Part shown: piece by piece, positions 1 to 13,699 of the stretch
Layout: every line of letters starts with the position of its first letter
Numbering within the stretch: position 1 is the first letter of the stretch
NCBI GenBank assembly: GCA_011109175.1
Contig: RDEW01000013.1
Span: forward strand, 227,476 to 291,475
DNA from: Dicyema japonicum
Taxonomy: Eukaryota > Animalia > Dicyemida
Direction of reading: 5' to 3'
Length of the DNA: 64,000 nucleotides
Position numbers and translations under genes: made by a program
Notes under the pieces: model-generated
Databases searched by the model: none
What the model was told of the DNA's origin: nothing
What the model saw: only the letters and a program-made list of their open reading frames with translations

Positions 1-1752
1 GCGATCACAGAATGGTTATTGTCACCTTCAGCCTAGCGAAACATGGTGTCAAATACAAGAAACATAACAACATCACAAACAATAATAATGAGAATACAAG
101 AAATGGATACGCAACGGAAAAACTGATCTCTCACCCAGATACAGTCAAAAATTACCAAAAATACATCTGCTCTCATCTGAAAGACCTAACAGTAGGAATT
201 TCGTGGGATCGCACAAAGAATATAATAAACGAAGCAGCAAGCCAGTACCTCGGCACGCAGTAGATGGCCAGTATGGGTCGGACGATACAAACAGAATTAG
301 CAAAGGAGTTAAAAGAAATCCATACAAAAAAAACTAAACGAAAAAGATTATATCAGGAGAACAACCTTTCAGGGGCAGAGGGACCAAATCCGTAGAAAAA
401 CCAGGAGACTGAACAAGACACTCCACCAAGAAGAACTGCTTCGCAAAATCAATGAAGTAACCAAACTAAAAGATAATTCACAAATGTACTACTAAATGAA
501 TTGTTTTCAACTAACTCAACTTTACCCCTGGGAACGGGATTACTAATACAAAAACCCAATAAACCCAAAGGACGGTTGAAAACTATTATATTATCAAATT
601 CTCTACGGAAAGTCTTAGCTAACATTTTATTAAAACGAATAAAAGGACCCGCCTATGAATACCTACCCGAAAGTCAAAGTGGGTTCAGAGAAGAAAGATC
701 AACTCTGATGCAGTCTGGAGTCACAGATGGAGATGTGCAACACATCAAAGATATTGCAATCCCACCCACATTCTGAATAGATCTATCAAAAGCCTTTGAC
801 TCGGTTAACAGGAACAAATTGATGACAGTGCTGGAAGGATTTATTGACGAATCGAGTCTAAAAATGATAAAGAAAATTTGAAACAGACACAGGCACTCCT
901 CAAGGAGACTGCCTCTCCGCTACTATTCACAATATACTTGGAGGCCGCTATGAGGGAACTGAGACCATTATACCAAGGAAAAATAGAAGTGTTTTATGAA
1001 GACAAAGAACTCCTGGAACATGTACTAGAAAAAGCACCAGATATACTTGGGAAATGGTTTCTCACAGTAAACAGACAAAAAAAGAACGGACAGAAATAAG
1101 ACGAATGAATAACTCACTCGATGAGAAATGGAGACACATAAACTTCCCTATTAGGAGATAGTGAAGATATCATACGGAGAAATACCATGGCAAACGCGGC
1201 ATTACACAGGCTGTAAAACCTATGGCTAAAACTGAAAGGGAATAACATAAAACAAAGGATAATGTTATACGACACTTTTATTAAACCAATCCTCCTATAC
1301 AACTCTGGGACCTAGGCCACCTCAAAAGAGGAATTAGAGAGGCTAGACTCGTTTCACAGGAATCATGTAAGAAACATAACTGAAATGTCCTGGTCATCTA
1401 AGATCTCGCAGAAAGGACTGTAAAATAAGTGTGAATGTACAGCAATAGGTCTCTAAATCATTAGCTCTCTTTTAAGACTTTTTGGACACGTCCTGAGGTT
1501 GGACCCGACATTCCCCCTCGAATATCGCCATGGAAGATTACTACACCTCCAATGTAAAACGCTTTCTTGGAAGACCAAGAAAAAGTCTTCCGATCGTTTT
1601 ACAAAACGATCTGAAAGCCGTGAAAAAAACATTGGCATCTGCTGACGACCTGGACACACTGAGTGATCTGGCTAAGAACAGAAGAGCTTGGAGCAAGCTA
1701 ACTCTTTTTCTTATACTTTTTGCCGGCTCGTGAAAGTGCTAATAATAATAAG
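1..1752 (+). mobile_element. Degraded RTE-clade LINE (5' end outside window)
   Basis: ORF pieces 501-776 (LLIQKPNKPKG...QSGFREERS), 878-1099 (SPLLFTIYLEAAMREL) and 1530-1733 match the RTE ORF at 47.6-50.6 kb. Ends in GCTCGTGAAAGTGCT(AAT)n. Confidence 0.9.
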
Positions 1753-1759
1753 ATCCTTT

Positions 1760-3450
1760 GGAATTAAGGAAACCGGTGGCTAACATGATCGTTACAGCCA
1801 AAAGCGGATGCTCCCAGAGATCCGACAAGTTTAATTGCTTCTGTGCAGATCTCGAAGGTGGACCCGGACAAGAAGAGAGTTGACTCGTCTACCGGTCGTC
1901 AAGAAAGCATGATGGGCATAATGGAGAGTATGATTGACCAATTTTGTACGGATATGAATGTAAATCCATGTGATGATAACAACGTAGGCGCTTCGAGTGG
2001 ACACGAATTACCCATGGTGGGGGAGTTTTGCTTCCGTCAATAACTGATGTAATACATCCTAGAAACTTGTTGATACCAAGGCCTCTGATTGCTTGGGTGG
2101 TTCGTAGAAACCGAATTTGGTCACCAAGAATAGGAGACCAAAAGGCTATGAGCTCGATGTCCAGGCGTTTTTTCAATTGTCAAGGTATTGTAGACAGAAC
2201 ATCATGAAATTGTCCCCAATTGGGAGAATTTTTAATTTCCAGTGTAGTTGGTCGTTGGTGTGGTTTTTAGACATCCAGTAATTATTCTTTGAGCAGAGTT
2301 TTGAATTATTTGATTTTTTGGCTTTTGTTATTGACAAACAGGGATCCAAGGCAGGAACAGCATAGTTACTCTGATGAATTCTATGTATATAATAGTAAAG
2401 CTCTCTTTGCTCTGGCCAAATGACGTACTTGCTACGGTAAGTTGAGTTTCTGAGATTTTTCGCATGCATATGTTTTGAAAATGGTAATGAAGTATCAAAT
2501 ATCACTCCAAGTATTTTAGGGTTCTTAACCACAGCAATGAGAGATTTGCTTAGAACGTGGGTTCCAACTTTAATTGATGACAATCTGTAGTGAAAAGCGA
2601 TATTGATAAGATTGAAGGGAAGAGAAAATTTTAGTTAATCCAAGAAGAAATTTTGTCAATATGTTATTGCAGGACCATAGAAGCAACGGTTACGTTGCGG
2701 CGGCAAGAGGCCATTCTAATATTGTCGGCATAAGAAAGAAGAATTTTGTCTTGGTTTGTTGGTAAGTTTGCTAGATGAAGATTAAGATAGGACTGAACCT
2801 TGACGAACGCCTTTGGAAGGTATCGATAATTGGAGTAGGTTGACATAATAAAAGAACACCCAAGGTGACCAGAAAGGAAAGTGAGTAGCCATAATTTCAA
2901 AAGGGACGGGATACTTGTAGCAAGGATTTTCCTGGTCACGACGTGTCTGGATGTCCGGTCAAAAGCTTTGTTGATATTAATTGTTCTTTGGAGGTTTATT
3001 ATTATTAAATCTATCGGCAATCAATTGAGTCAGTTTATAAGGATGGGTGTAGTCGTAAGCACAAAAGCCATGCTTGGATTTGGAAAATGACGGTTTGATT
3101 AAAAATAGAACTCTTTCAGTAATCTTGGAGACAAAAGGGAAATATGACGATTAGAAGGATCAGATTGGTCGCGGTTAGGCTTCAAAATAGGAATGATTAT
3201 GGATTTCCTCCAGAGCATAAGTATTATCCGTGATTAATTGAGTGTTTGATTAAATCGGTTAGAGCATAAAGTCCATTCGGTTCTAGATTTTTAAATGATG
3301 AATGTCAAGACCGTCAAACCCTCTTGCATTCGAGTTTCTGAGTAGCTATCAAGTTGAGTAATTAGGGATTGTGGAATAATGAAAAGGTCTGCTGAGCATC
3401 GTTTATAAAAACCTTAAAGCACAATTTAGTGACTTTTTTAGTCGATATTT
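1760..3450 (-). mobile_element. 5'-truncated, degraded Ingi/Vingi-like LINE
   Basis: RT motifs (INKAFD, LLSYADN, KILGVIFD). C-terminal HSYPYKIGQSYSPLCPSC...DLWEHP resembles the Ingi/Vingi zinc-finger region. Many stops. Confidence 0.75.
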
Positions 3451-4300
3451 TGTTAATAATAATTTTAATTGATATATTCATTGGAATGTAAATATTAATG
3501 GTCTAACTATGTTATCTCAACAAGTCCAAAACAGCTTGTTATTTCTACAAAAGGACGTTTCAACCCCGTCACAGCCGAAATCCCGGGGATTCTAGGACCC
3601 AAAAACACTTACTTGGTTGATTGAGCGCATCCCAGTTGTAAAAAGGAATGTCCTCTCAATCACGAGAGTTCCCTACTAATTTATAACATTTTATGAAGAA
3701 AGGACTGAAATGTACACACGTGCTTATTCGACCGTCCCAATGTCGATATCAGACGTGACCGACACATGGAATCAACAAGTCAAGTGTCATCACCATTATT
3801 TCGAGATAGAATTGACTACAATTGAAGTGAGATGTACTTGCAAAAAACAGCTCACTTTTTAACCAATGAAAACGCCTTTCAAAAATGCAATCAAAAATAA
3901 ATACAGTAAACAACCAAATTATTCGTTAATAATAAAAGTTAACTAAAATGACTCAATAGAGTCCGTCTGAGTCTCCCATTTGAGGCAAATTCACAGTTTC
4001 AGATTCTCTGTAGTAGATAGTTTTGATCATCCAGGACTGAGTTTTTGTCTCCTCGATTCCGAAAGCATCCTCTAATCCCATGTCTTCAGTCGATCATCCC
4101 AAACCGAAATCAGTTTCCAGTTGATTGACACATACTGGAAATACTTAATATCCCCCAACAGACTATAATTCACCCTGTTTCGAAGAGATATTGAAAAGTG
4201 AAATATACTACAATAACGGGAAGTACGATTGACACGTGATAATCACCACTATCCCGTATATATAGCGATATAAAAGAAATCGTAACTATCAATCATCAAA

Positions 4301-5113
4301 ATGAATATTTTGTTCCCAAATGAATATTGGGTTTCATATTTTTTGATCATAATGTCACCAATTGTGTTTTCTATTCTTTTTGTCACCAATGCCCCATATG
4401 GGAGATTCTCTATAGAAAGCGGATACTCTATCAACCCCAAATTAGCATGGAGCCTACAGGAAATTCCTTCAATTATAGTAGCTACTGTGATATTCATCAA
4501 CAATCGAAATATTATTGACATATACAGCATATTGTCCATTAGTCCATTTATTATACACTACTTTTACCGGTTAGAGCATTCAAGTATTGCAGGTCTCTGA
4601 TTTATCCATTCAAAGCGGTATTCAGTCGGCCTGCTCCAGTGTCGTCTTTCATTACCGCCTTTTGTTTTTGTGCCATTAACGGATTTATTCAAGCATACGG
4701 GAACATATACAGCATTTCACTTAACTTGTGGAGATTTGTTATAGGGGGTGCATTTTTATTTCGGGATTTATCATTAATATTCAATCTGATCACATTTTAG
4801 CTTCACTTAGAAAAAATGGGGGAACACTTGAATACTTTATTCCCAGAGGTTGACGATCTCTAATTTTTAGGTGGACTGTTTAACTACGTTTCCGCCGCCA
4901 ATTATTTTGGGGAGATTTTAGAATGGTTTGGATATGCCATAGCTGTTTGGAATCTACCAAGTCTAGCATTTTTTTTAGTCACGTCTTCAAATTTGATTCC
5001 CCGTAGTCTCTCCTATCACAGGTGGAATTGTATAATAAATCATAAGATTTTATCTACAAAAATTCAAATCTGATTATCCACAGCGCAAGGCAATAATTCC
5101 ATTTTTGCTTTAA
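4301..5113 (+). CDS. SRD5A: 3-oxo-5-alpha-steroid 4-dehydrogenase (SRD5A1/2-like)
   Basis: Motifs APYGR, AWSLQEIPS, HYFYR|SLIYPF, NIQSDHIL, IPRG|GLFNYVSAANYFGEILEW, RKAIIPFLL*. Introns 4570-4592 (23 nt), 4849-4870 (22), 5022-5046 (25). One -1 frameshift in a T5 run at 4753-4757. Confidence 0.9.
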
Positions 5114-5429
5114 AATATTAACTTTGTTAACTCTAACTGTCGATTCCGACATAATTGATGCAGGTCACCTCACCGAACACTGAAGGTAACTGGGAGAGCC
5201 ACTGCACTAACATCACGGCTTTTGACTGCAGCCAGATGTCCCATTCTCTTGAGATAAGGCAGTGATTTCCAGACAGAGAAAACAGAGACGAGACTCATCA
5301 AAAACGGAAAATCGAAATAAGGGATCTTAATCTGTTAGCTTCTCAGTCCTATATTTTATAATGTAATGAATGACAGGAATTTACATGGGCTGAATAATAG
5401 AAATGCTTTAATAAAAAGTCTAAAGATGA

Positions 5430-6789
5430 TTAATCCACCAACTCAATATTAGCCGACAAATAGAACACAGCAGTGAGGACAAAGAAAAGCAGCAGAAAAT
5501 ATTTAACCAAACTTGTCGGAGAATCTAAAAATATGTATAAAGGATAACCCTTGTTGACAGAATGACACATCACAGTTCCATCCCCCGATGTACTCAGCAA
5601 CACAAATCCATAATCATACGACATCCAGTAGTAATACTCACATCCTTTAGGCAGAAACCTTAGTTGAGTGACGAATATTTTGTGGGCCTTATAAGCAGAA
5701 AAACAGATCTAAGCATATTTCACTGTTTATACTTTCTGGGTGACTGTGCTAAACACAAAATCATTCCTGTAGCCAAACCCACAGCCAAGAACCTCCCAGT
5801 ATCACTGTGGGATATATATAAGGTTCAAACTCAACAGTCGCAGCAGTAATGGGGTATTTCCCCAGTTTGAAACCACCCACGTGGGCAAAACTTGTTCCAT
5901 GATAAATTCTCAAAATGGGTTCAGTCGTATCCGACAGTTTTTCAGGACAGGCCACTACAAATATTGAAGACTCCTCTCCTTGCCCACAGGAACTGGTGAA
6001 CTTAATGAAAGATGGAAAACCAGACAAATTTGCAGACAAGTCCTGGATTTGTTGAGAAAGCACTACTCTCGAGCAGACTTCCATCAGTAGAGGCAAGAGT
6101 AGAAAGAGAGGACGACTTATCAGGCAACACGAAAAGCTGAATTCATAAAATCAGAGACCAGATCATTCAAACACAGCAAACTTCTGATGTTCTCATTACC
6201 TTCGATTGAAACAAGCCAAAGCAAGGTCAAATGGTCAGCCACAAACTAAAATCTGTGAAAATCACAACTTCACAAGAAGTAACGACCCCGTTCGACCAAG
6301 AAAGAAAGAATGTTGAACCATGTGACTCTTTTAAGGCGATTGATGTTGACTGAACAGGTTCGTCCTGTTTATCAAACGAAACCACCAAGCTGTCGACTGG
6401 CTCGGAATAATATCTGCAGGAATCACTGTTTGGTGGATCATCTAAAAATTGGTATAAAAATAACTCTCAAGATTTACTTTCACCTCGAATACTACGACTG
6501 TACTGTCCTGAGTCAGCAACACATATGTTTTCCCACAAGAACCAAAAAACGCACAATTATAAACACAAAATTCATTTGTGATCTCATAAGTGCACTTTGA
6601 TAGTTTGAATCCGTCATGTTTGTCGAATCCTATCTCATAAATGTTCTAATTATCAAATATTGGTACAAAGGCGTTGTCCATTCCAGTATTCCCCTTTCCC
6701 CCTCCCCCTCCCGTCAGGACAAATGGTAGTCCAACTGAGAGCGAGTAAATGGGGAAGCCACTATGGGCGACAATTACAGACTTTGCCAT
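5430..6789 (-). CDS. PREB: SEC12/PREB, Sar1 guanine nucleotide exchange factor
   Basis: N-terminus MAKSVIVAHSGFPIYSL...VLTGGGGGKGNTGMDN contains the Sec12 K-loop (GGGGxxxxGxxN). Last WD repeat LLSTSGDGTV, then C-terminal TM KYFLLLFFVLTAVFYL. Several 21-25 nt introns (first at 6646-6666). Confidence 0.85.
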
Positions 6790-6856
6790 CGAATACGTAA
6801 ACAAAATTTAAAAAATTAACAAAAAATAAATAATTTATGAAAATAAGAATTTAATA

Positions 6857-9734
6857 TCAGTAATTGAGGATTTCAGTGTTTATGAGAATTTGTAGTTTTT
6901 GTTTGGTCACAAATCCAAGGTGATCCATTGAACTGACCAAACAAGACAGTTGTTTGTTAGTGTAAACCTAAATCACTGACAAAACCAAGTCACCTTGTTG
7001 TCCCTTATAAAAGCTTCAATATCCTGTTTCCCCATATAAAAGGCCCTAATATAGTTTAAGACCACATCTTTATAATTTTCAAAACTAAATAAATATTGAC
7101 AATTACCAGTTAAACTCAACAATTTCGTTCACTGAAAGGATCAGGTTTTCAAAGTCAAACATCATCTGTCCCCTCTTTTCGTTACAACACTTCTTTATTC
7201 GCCCAAATCTTTAGTTTTATTAATACTAAACCCGTCAAGCATTGTTTGGCACAAAAATAAGGCGAATTCGTCCCACAACGCAGTAAACTCGATTTCTTCC
7301 AAGTTAAGCTCCGACTTGAGGCCGTCAATCAGTTCTTTGGCTATTCTTGCGTCCTATAATAATTATTAAGGATATTGCATTAATTAATGATTTTATATAA
7401 TCTGTGAGTTCGGTCAGATATTGCTCACTCTCATATGTCTTTTTATTTGCTATCAAAGAGATTAGGTTTTCTCTGTCGAAAATAAGAGTCCTGCCGAAAG
7501 AGCGACATATGAGTTCGTTCAGTTCCTCAATCATATATGAGACCCACCATTATTCAAAAAAATACAGAATCGTACAAATCAACAATCAGATTGCCTTTAT
7601 CAATCTGTGAGGTCAGCAGCAATGTGTGAGACATGTACAAGTGGGAAGCAATACATCTTCTAGAAATCAAACGACAAATCAACATGGTCTCAATGGCAAC
7701 CAAATATCCCTTAAATTTGGAGGAATCTGAGTCAAATTCTACTAGCTGGAATTATATCCATAAGTACAGGGCAAATGTCCTCGGTTTTCAATTTGTGTTT
7801 CAAAGCAGAAATCCGCTCATTCACAGCCTCCGTGTACGAGAGAGACTAAAATGCTTCAAATAAACTTACAAAGTTCATAAAAGTACACAAAACCTGGGGA
7901 TGATTGATTAAACTACAATTTTTATAAACACAAATAGCATTTGGTAGACATTGGTGATGACTTGGAAAGAAGTCGAAGGGAATATTTCCATAAAACTTAT
8001 ATATTTACCAAAAGTCCTAAGGAAATTAACTCCCGTGCTGCAAATGTGGTAAAATCCCGTTTTTCTGTAAATATAAAAACATAATAAACTAACTCCACTA
8101 AAATGGAAGCAGACTTCATTCCGCGGTTATCATCGAATAGAAACGAAATCTTTGAATAAGAGAACCAAAACCTCCTTAGGGTCCTCAAAACGGAAACTGG
8201 CCTCATGGGAAACTCCGTTTTTATTGGATTCCAGTATGAAATTAATAAGCACGTGCAATTCCTGTCTAATTATCAAAATCTATGAACATGAATGAGAGCA
8301 AGCTTTTTCGGATCGTGAATACAGGCAACTGGGCAGTTGTGCCACTGTTCGTTCTCCAATTGGTGGGTGAACTCTTCTAACTTGACTCTGCGTTGAGTTA
8401 ATGGAAGAAAAACTTGTTTAGACTGATAAAAGTATCCTCAGCCCAGCAATAAATGTCACTGACAAAGTGATCTAGAGAGTTCTCTGTTGGTTGATCGAAG
8501 GAAGTGAATGTCTCGCACATTTGTATAAACCTTAACATTAAAGCAAAACAAACTTTGAAACCAAATCAACAATTATAATAAAGTCGTCCACAGAGTTGAA
8601 TACCCCAAAGGACTGCAGCAGCAAATTGAATGTCTGAATGGCAGTGGTGGACAACGACTCGAAGGCTTGGTTTGGGAGACAACCCCCATCTGATATAATA
8701 ACCCCTACAAACCGAAATGTTCCAAATTCCACAAGTATGCTTGCTTGAAGGATTTCATGATTATCCACGTTTTCTGAAAAGCAGTGCATAACGGAATTTC
8801 CGGACTGTTCGCTTTCTAACGATTACTAGGCAACACACCACAATGCAGTCGTTTATAGTATCATTCATGGACATCCTGAATATATTCGTCACCTTCATTC
8901 CGAACATTTGCTGAATACAAGGCAAGGAATACTTTGTTGTTGTCGGGGAAGAGTGCTTCGTACCAGTTTACTAGAGAAGAGTAAACGTCCAAGTCAAAGC
9001 GAAAAGTCAGTGAATGTAGTCTTTCGTCAATTTTATCTCTCACATTAATAGTGAAGCGTTCCAGTCTCGAGTGGAATTGACTAGAGGAATATAGCGGGAA
9101 TTCTCACTTTTTCAACACTATGGAATCTAATTTTTCTAATTCCTTCCGGAGCTGATTGATAGAGAGAATAGCCTCATCAATAGAGTAATCCTTAGGCTAA
9201 TTAAAACACAAATACAGTCAATGAGCGTTCGGCAATTTCATTAACGTTGATCTAATTATCAGTAATTAGTCATACAGAATTACGAATTAGCTTTAAGACA
9301 TCGAGCAGCTGATTCAGTCTGTTTTTGAGAGTTGTGAGCTTTTCGACTACTCGCATTTGTTCGAAATATTTATTTTCAAAGTTTTTGAGGCCACTTGGCG
9401 TAAGTTAAGGAAATCACATTTTAGTCGACTTGGCAAGATCCAACGTAGATTTTATGTCATTTCTGAACTCTAGGATTTTCGAAAGGTCAAATTTTGCTGT
9501 TAACTTGGCGTTCTTGTAATTTTCGATAAACTAAAAGATTAGATAACAACCCACGGTTTTCTCAATTTCCGCCAAACGGATGATTTCTTCATATATTTTG
9601 TCAGGATCCTCGAATAGGTGACCCTTTAGTTACCCCTATTCAGATACCTTCTCTTCAATAAACTCTTTGATAGAAAAATCACTGTTAAGGAATTCATCCC
9701 CAACATCAGAATCTGGCAATTCCACGAAATCCAT
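6857..9734 (-). CDS. VPS50: VPS50/syndetin (CCDC132), EARP complex subunit
   Basis: C-terminus CNEKRGQMMFDFENL...VLNYIRAFYMGKQDIEAFIRDNK|VYTNKQLSCLV matches VPS50 (CSNEGRALMQLDF...YIKAYYL...YSTKQL). N-terminal RDKIDERLHSLTFRFDLDVY also fits. Multiple tiny introns (9624-9647, 9531-9554). Confidence 0.8.
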
Positions 9735-10639
9735 AGTTTTTCGAGTCGTTGATATGAAGATCGAAAATGAATCCAATATATTACAGCTTAACCTATTTTT
9801 AAAAAATATTTTGAACAACAAATTTAATTAATTTTTTATAAAATTTATTTATTTTATAATTTTAAACCTTAAAATAAGTTCATGCTCATTTTACTAATTT
9901 TATTTATTTTGATTTCAAGCGATATTATAATTTTTGCACTCCAAATCCAAAATTTCGATTTTATTCCAAAAGTCTCAAACTGTGTAATCGTTGATTAGAT
10001 ATTTTTATTAAAATGGAGAATTATCTGCTGGAATGAGATTATATTGAACTATTATTCATAAAAAAACGACAATGCTTTGTTATAAAAATTATAAATTCTT
10101 ATCAGGCAGCAGTTCAGTGACCACGTAATAAATGTGCAGGGTATCTTATGACATGACATATTTCTGATAAATCTATATCATAAATTTTGGTTGATTTAGG
10201 TTAGTTAGTAAAAAACATAAACGTTGTGCCACGAGTTGAAAAACGAGAGTATTATCATCCACCAAGATGATTTTAATTAAATAATAAAGAATAAAAAACG
10301 CAATGCCATGTTAAGGTTCATGACGAAACCAAACCTCCAACCTTGTCAAGGGAGCGCCAAACAGCTCTCCTTTATAAGCACACATACGTGTTCGGAAAAG
10401 AATATATATAGAGCGAATAAAAAAACTATTTACAAATGATGTTATCTAAATGAAAGCTATTATCTATTTAAATATTAAATTTATTTATAATATATCATTC
10501 ATTATCGTTATTTAGTTTTAAACAAAATTTTAAAGTAAAAAAATCTATCAATAAGCAATATTTATAAAATGTGAGAAAATACTTTTAATCAACGAATGCC
10601 AAGACATTAATACTAATATGCTATATGCTTTTTACACTA

Positions 10640-11040
10640 TGGACCTACTCGAAAGACAAGGAAATAAAGAATTTCGAAACACATGTAGAAAGAAGGATTG
10701 TTTGATTCGATTTTCATAGTCGTCCCCATATTTATTGCCTTCTTATCTAATAAAACTGTTTTTCTCAAACATACATGATTCCAATGTGTATATGGAAAAG
10801 ATAAAAGACTGGTGCGGCCTCCAAGGATTAAAAATGTCGAAGAATAACCTAATGCAATCAAGTTTTCCGGTCGAAATGGAAATCAGCAGGCTCCCTATGC
10901 GGAATCAATATTGTGGGCTCCCTGCAGTATCTCGGAATAGCTATTGAGAATAGATGAAAATTTGTTAGTAAGGTCGATCAGAGATGCAGCAGAGAAAAGG
11001 ATGGCAAACTTCCCAAAAGGGATGTCATCATTGACTCTTA
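10640..11040 (+). mobile_element. 3' fragment of the gag-type APE LINE family
   Basis: 10950-11040 is clearly similar to 26420-26510 (gaaaatttgttagtaaggtcgat...agatgcagca). Confidence 0.6.
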
Positions 11041-11118
11041 TTATGAATTAAATTTAAAAATAATTAATTTAAATTAAATTAAATAAAAAATAAAAAGTTG
11101 CTTAGAAGCGCTATTAAA

Positions 11119-13636
11119 ATGATAAAACCAAGTCCTAACGAAAAATCTCGATTAATTGCCCAAGAAAGGGAACGTAGAAGACTTTCTCGCCTTCAAGAAG
11201 TAATAAATATTGTTAGTTGAGGTTCGTCAACAAGAACGAGATAATGCAAAGAGAACTTTGCAAAACCTCAAAAAGCCAGAACGTCAAATCGTCTCTTAAT
11301 GGTCCTTCAGAATGACTTTATGCTGAAGAAAGAGATGAAACTGGCGGAGTTGTACCAAGAATTAGAAAAATCAAGTGAGAAGATAGGAGAGAGTCACTTA
11401 GACGCTCAAAACCAGGTTTTCAACGTTTTTATAAAAGCCTGATTTTGATGAGATTGTGAGACACAAAAAATGGAATAACCGACAAGTCGCAAAGGATCGC
11501 TACGAAAATGCCATAAAACTACTAAACCAGCAAAACAGAGAAAAATCTGAAATTCAGGATTATCATATAAACAGCAGGTTCTTAAAATTTAAAAATTCTA
11601 AGGATTAAATCGCTAAGATTGGAAAAAGAGCGATCCAAGAAGGTTATCAGTAGAAAAATTACTCACTCATCCTTGAACGAACTGCTAAAATCCGCGAAAA
11701 CGTTGAGTACGGATTTGTCTTTAATTAAGACAATATTTCTGATTTTAAAAAAGTCGGGTTTTTCTCAACCACATATTATCATTTGCCCAATTGTTACTCC
11801 GAGAGACCGGCCTCAGTCGAACAGGTCTACCCAGAATGTGATTCCTTAGATCGATGCTGTGGCTTCAGCAGCACAGAATGTTCAAAACAACATCAGGCTA
11901 ACTGAGGAACAAGAGAAAAAGATTGTTGATAACATGGAGCGGGCTCGCTTGCGGGGAGATGCGGCTTTGGATGAAGAATTGGCCAAAAAGGTGATTTCAT
12001 AGTATTTACCTTAGAATTACACAAGAATGTGTCGAAAGTTGAGTGAAATGGCCCATGAAGACCAAATCAGACGCAGTGAGCTCACCTCAACTATCCCTGT
12101 TGATTGTCTTCCACCATTATTATAGAATAAAATATTTTCAACTTCCACGAAACGGAGAAATAAAAGGAAGAAAAATCATACGGTGAAATTGTACTGGAGG
12201 CTAACCCACGTGGTAACCGTCCGCCAGAACCTGAAGCTGAGATTCCAAGTCATGATTTTATGAGAGATGAGGAAAATTCGTTTTTATAAAACATAATTTT
12301 TAGAAATAAGGGAGATCTATCCCCGAAAAATAATAGACTCACCGGACTATGTCCTCCCATGCTGGAAGTCGTTCGGACTGAAAGCATTGGCTCGACTATC
12401 GATTGTATTTCCACCAACTCGGACAACTGTCATAAGGATGGATCAGTCGAATCTTTTGAGGAAAACGACCTTGAGGAAGAAACCGACCATAAACCCGTCC
12501 ACTCAGAGCAGTCAACTGAATCCTTATGTCTGAAAGTGGCTGACTCACTAATTGATGAGTCCTTCGAGATTCCCACTGAATATAAGAATATAAAGTATTT
12601 CATATTCCTCTAATTAACAGTGAAGAAATTCAGCACGAGGTCGCAAGATTGAGCCGAAAACATGAAAATATTGAAGACTCGAAAACATCCCCCACAGGTT
12701 TACACAAAATAACCACGTTCAGACAACAATGATGATGAATTTGCTAGTACACTATCCGAAGAAGAGGACGTGATGGATGACTTCTCAAATTTAGAAGGGT
12801 GGAGTAAAGATTATGAAAATATTGAAAGGTCGGGGCACACGTGTGTGGATTCTGACCTTGTCGGTCTTTTAGAAGAGATTAAAAGGCAAAAGCAGGTCAT
12901 ATTCAGTTATTAGTCTCAGTTGATTCTCGAAAGACAGAGAAAACACGAACAGTATTTGGCTGAGCTGGACTTTCTGGATTCCTCCAAGTTAACGCCCTTG
13001 TTAAGTTCGGGAGATACCGAAAAGAACTCAACTTCCTTCTCTTCTCTTATAAAATGTAACTCGAAAGATCCTGAATCTGTGGAAATTTCTAATAATAACT
13101 GTTCCTTGTCCTCAATTTTTTCACAAGGAACATTGGGGGACACAACTATAAAATCAGGAGAATTTAACGAAGTATTTATTTTTGCCTGACATATAAGTCC
13201 TCTGTGGACAGACTAATAGAATCTGCCGAGAATCGCAAAATATCTACAACCAGTTCAGTGATCCTATCAAGCAGCAAAGAAGTATTTCTACTAATTCAAT
13301 CTAGTCCTCCACTGACCACTCTAGAGAAGCTAACATTAGCTCGGATGAAGTGAGCGATAAACAAAGACTCAAAGAACTTCTCAACTATGAAGATGAAACT
13401 CATTCGGGAACTGATTCTAAACATTCAGAAAACGAAGAAGTACTAGTTTCCCTACCGCAGAATGATGAAGTGGATGAGAGGTCTAAGAATGGAGAAGTAA
13501 AATTATATAAAAGGTTGTCTGTGATAGCATATATAGGTCGGATTCTGTCGTTTCGTTTGAGAGGTGGGAGAATTATTTCAAGAATTCAAACTCGAGAAAT
13601 GCTTTTATGAAGGAAATTCTCAACATAAATAAATAA
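11119..13636 (+). CDS. CEP295: CEP295/Ana1-like centriole protein
   Basis: N-terminus MIKPSPNEKSRLIAQERERRRLSRLQE|VRQQERD resembles CEP295 (LSPNEE...ERRRKLRLLQVREQER). Also EKERSKKV and ERARLRGDAAL, an acidic low-complexity middle and a short basic C-terminus (NSRNAFMKEIL). 22-nt first intron. Confidence 0.65.
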
Positions 13637-13699
13637 TTTTATTAGTTTATGTAAATAATTGATTATTACGTCATTTAACAAAATTATGTCAATTATGGT

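Noticed and set aside
3500-4250. Possible small genes upstream of SRD5A
   Set aside because: Only ORFs of about 50 codons or less, without recognisable features.
5150-5430. MED16-like peptide on the minus strand
   Set aside because: The upstream gene is SEC12 (K-loop) and ends at 5430 with its TM anchor. The resemblance was superficial.
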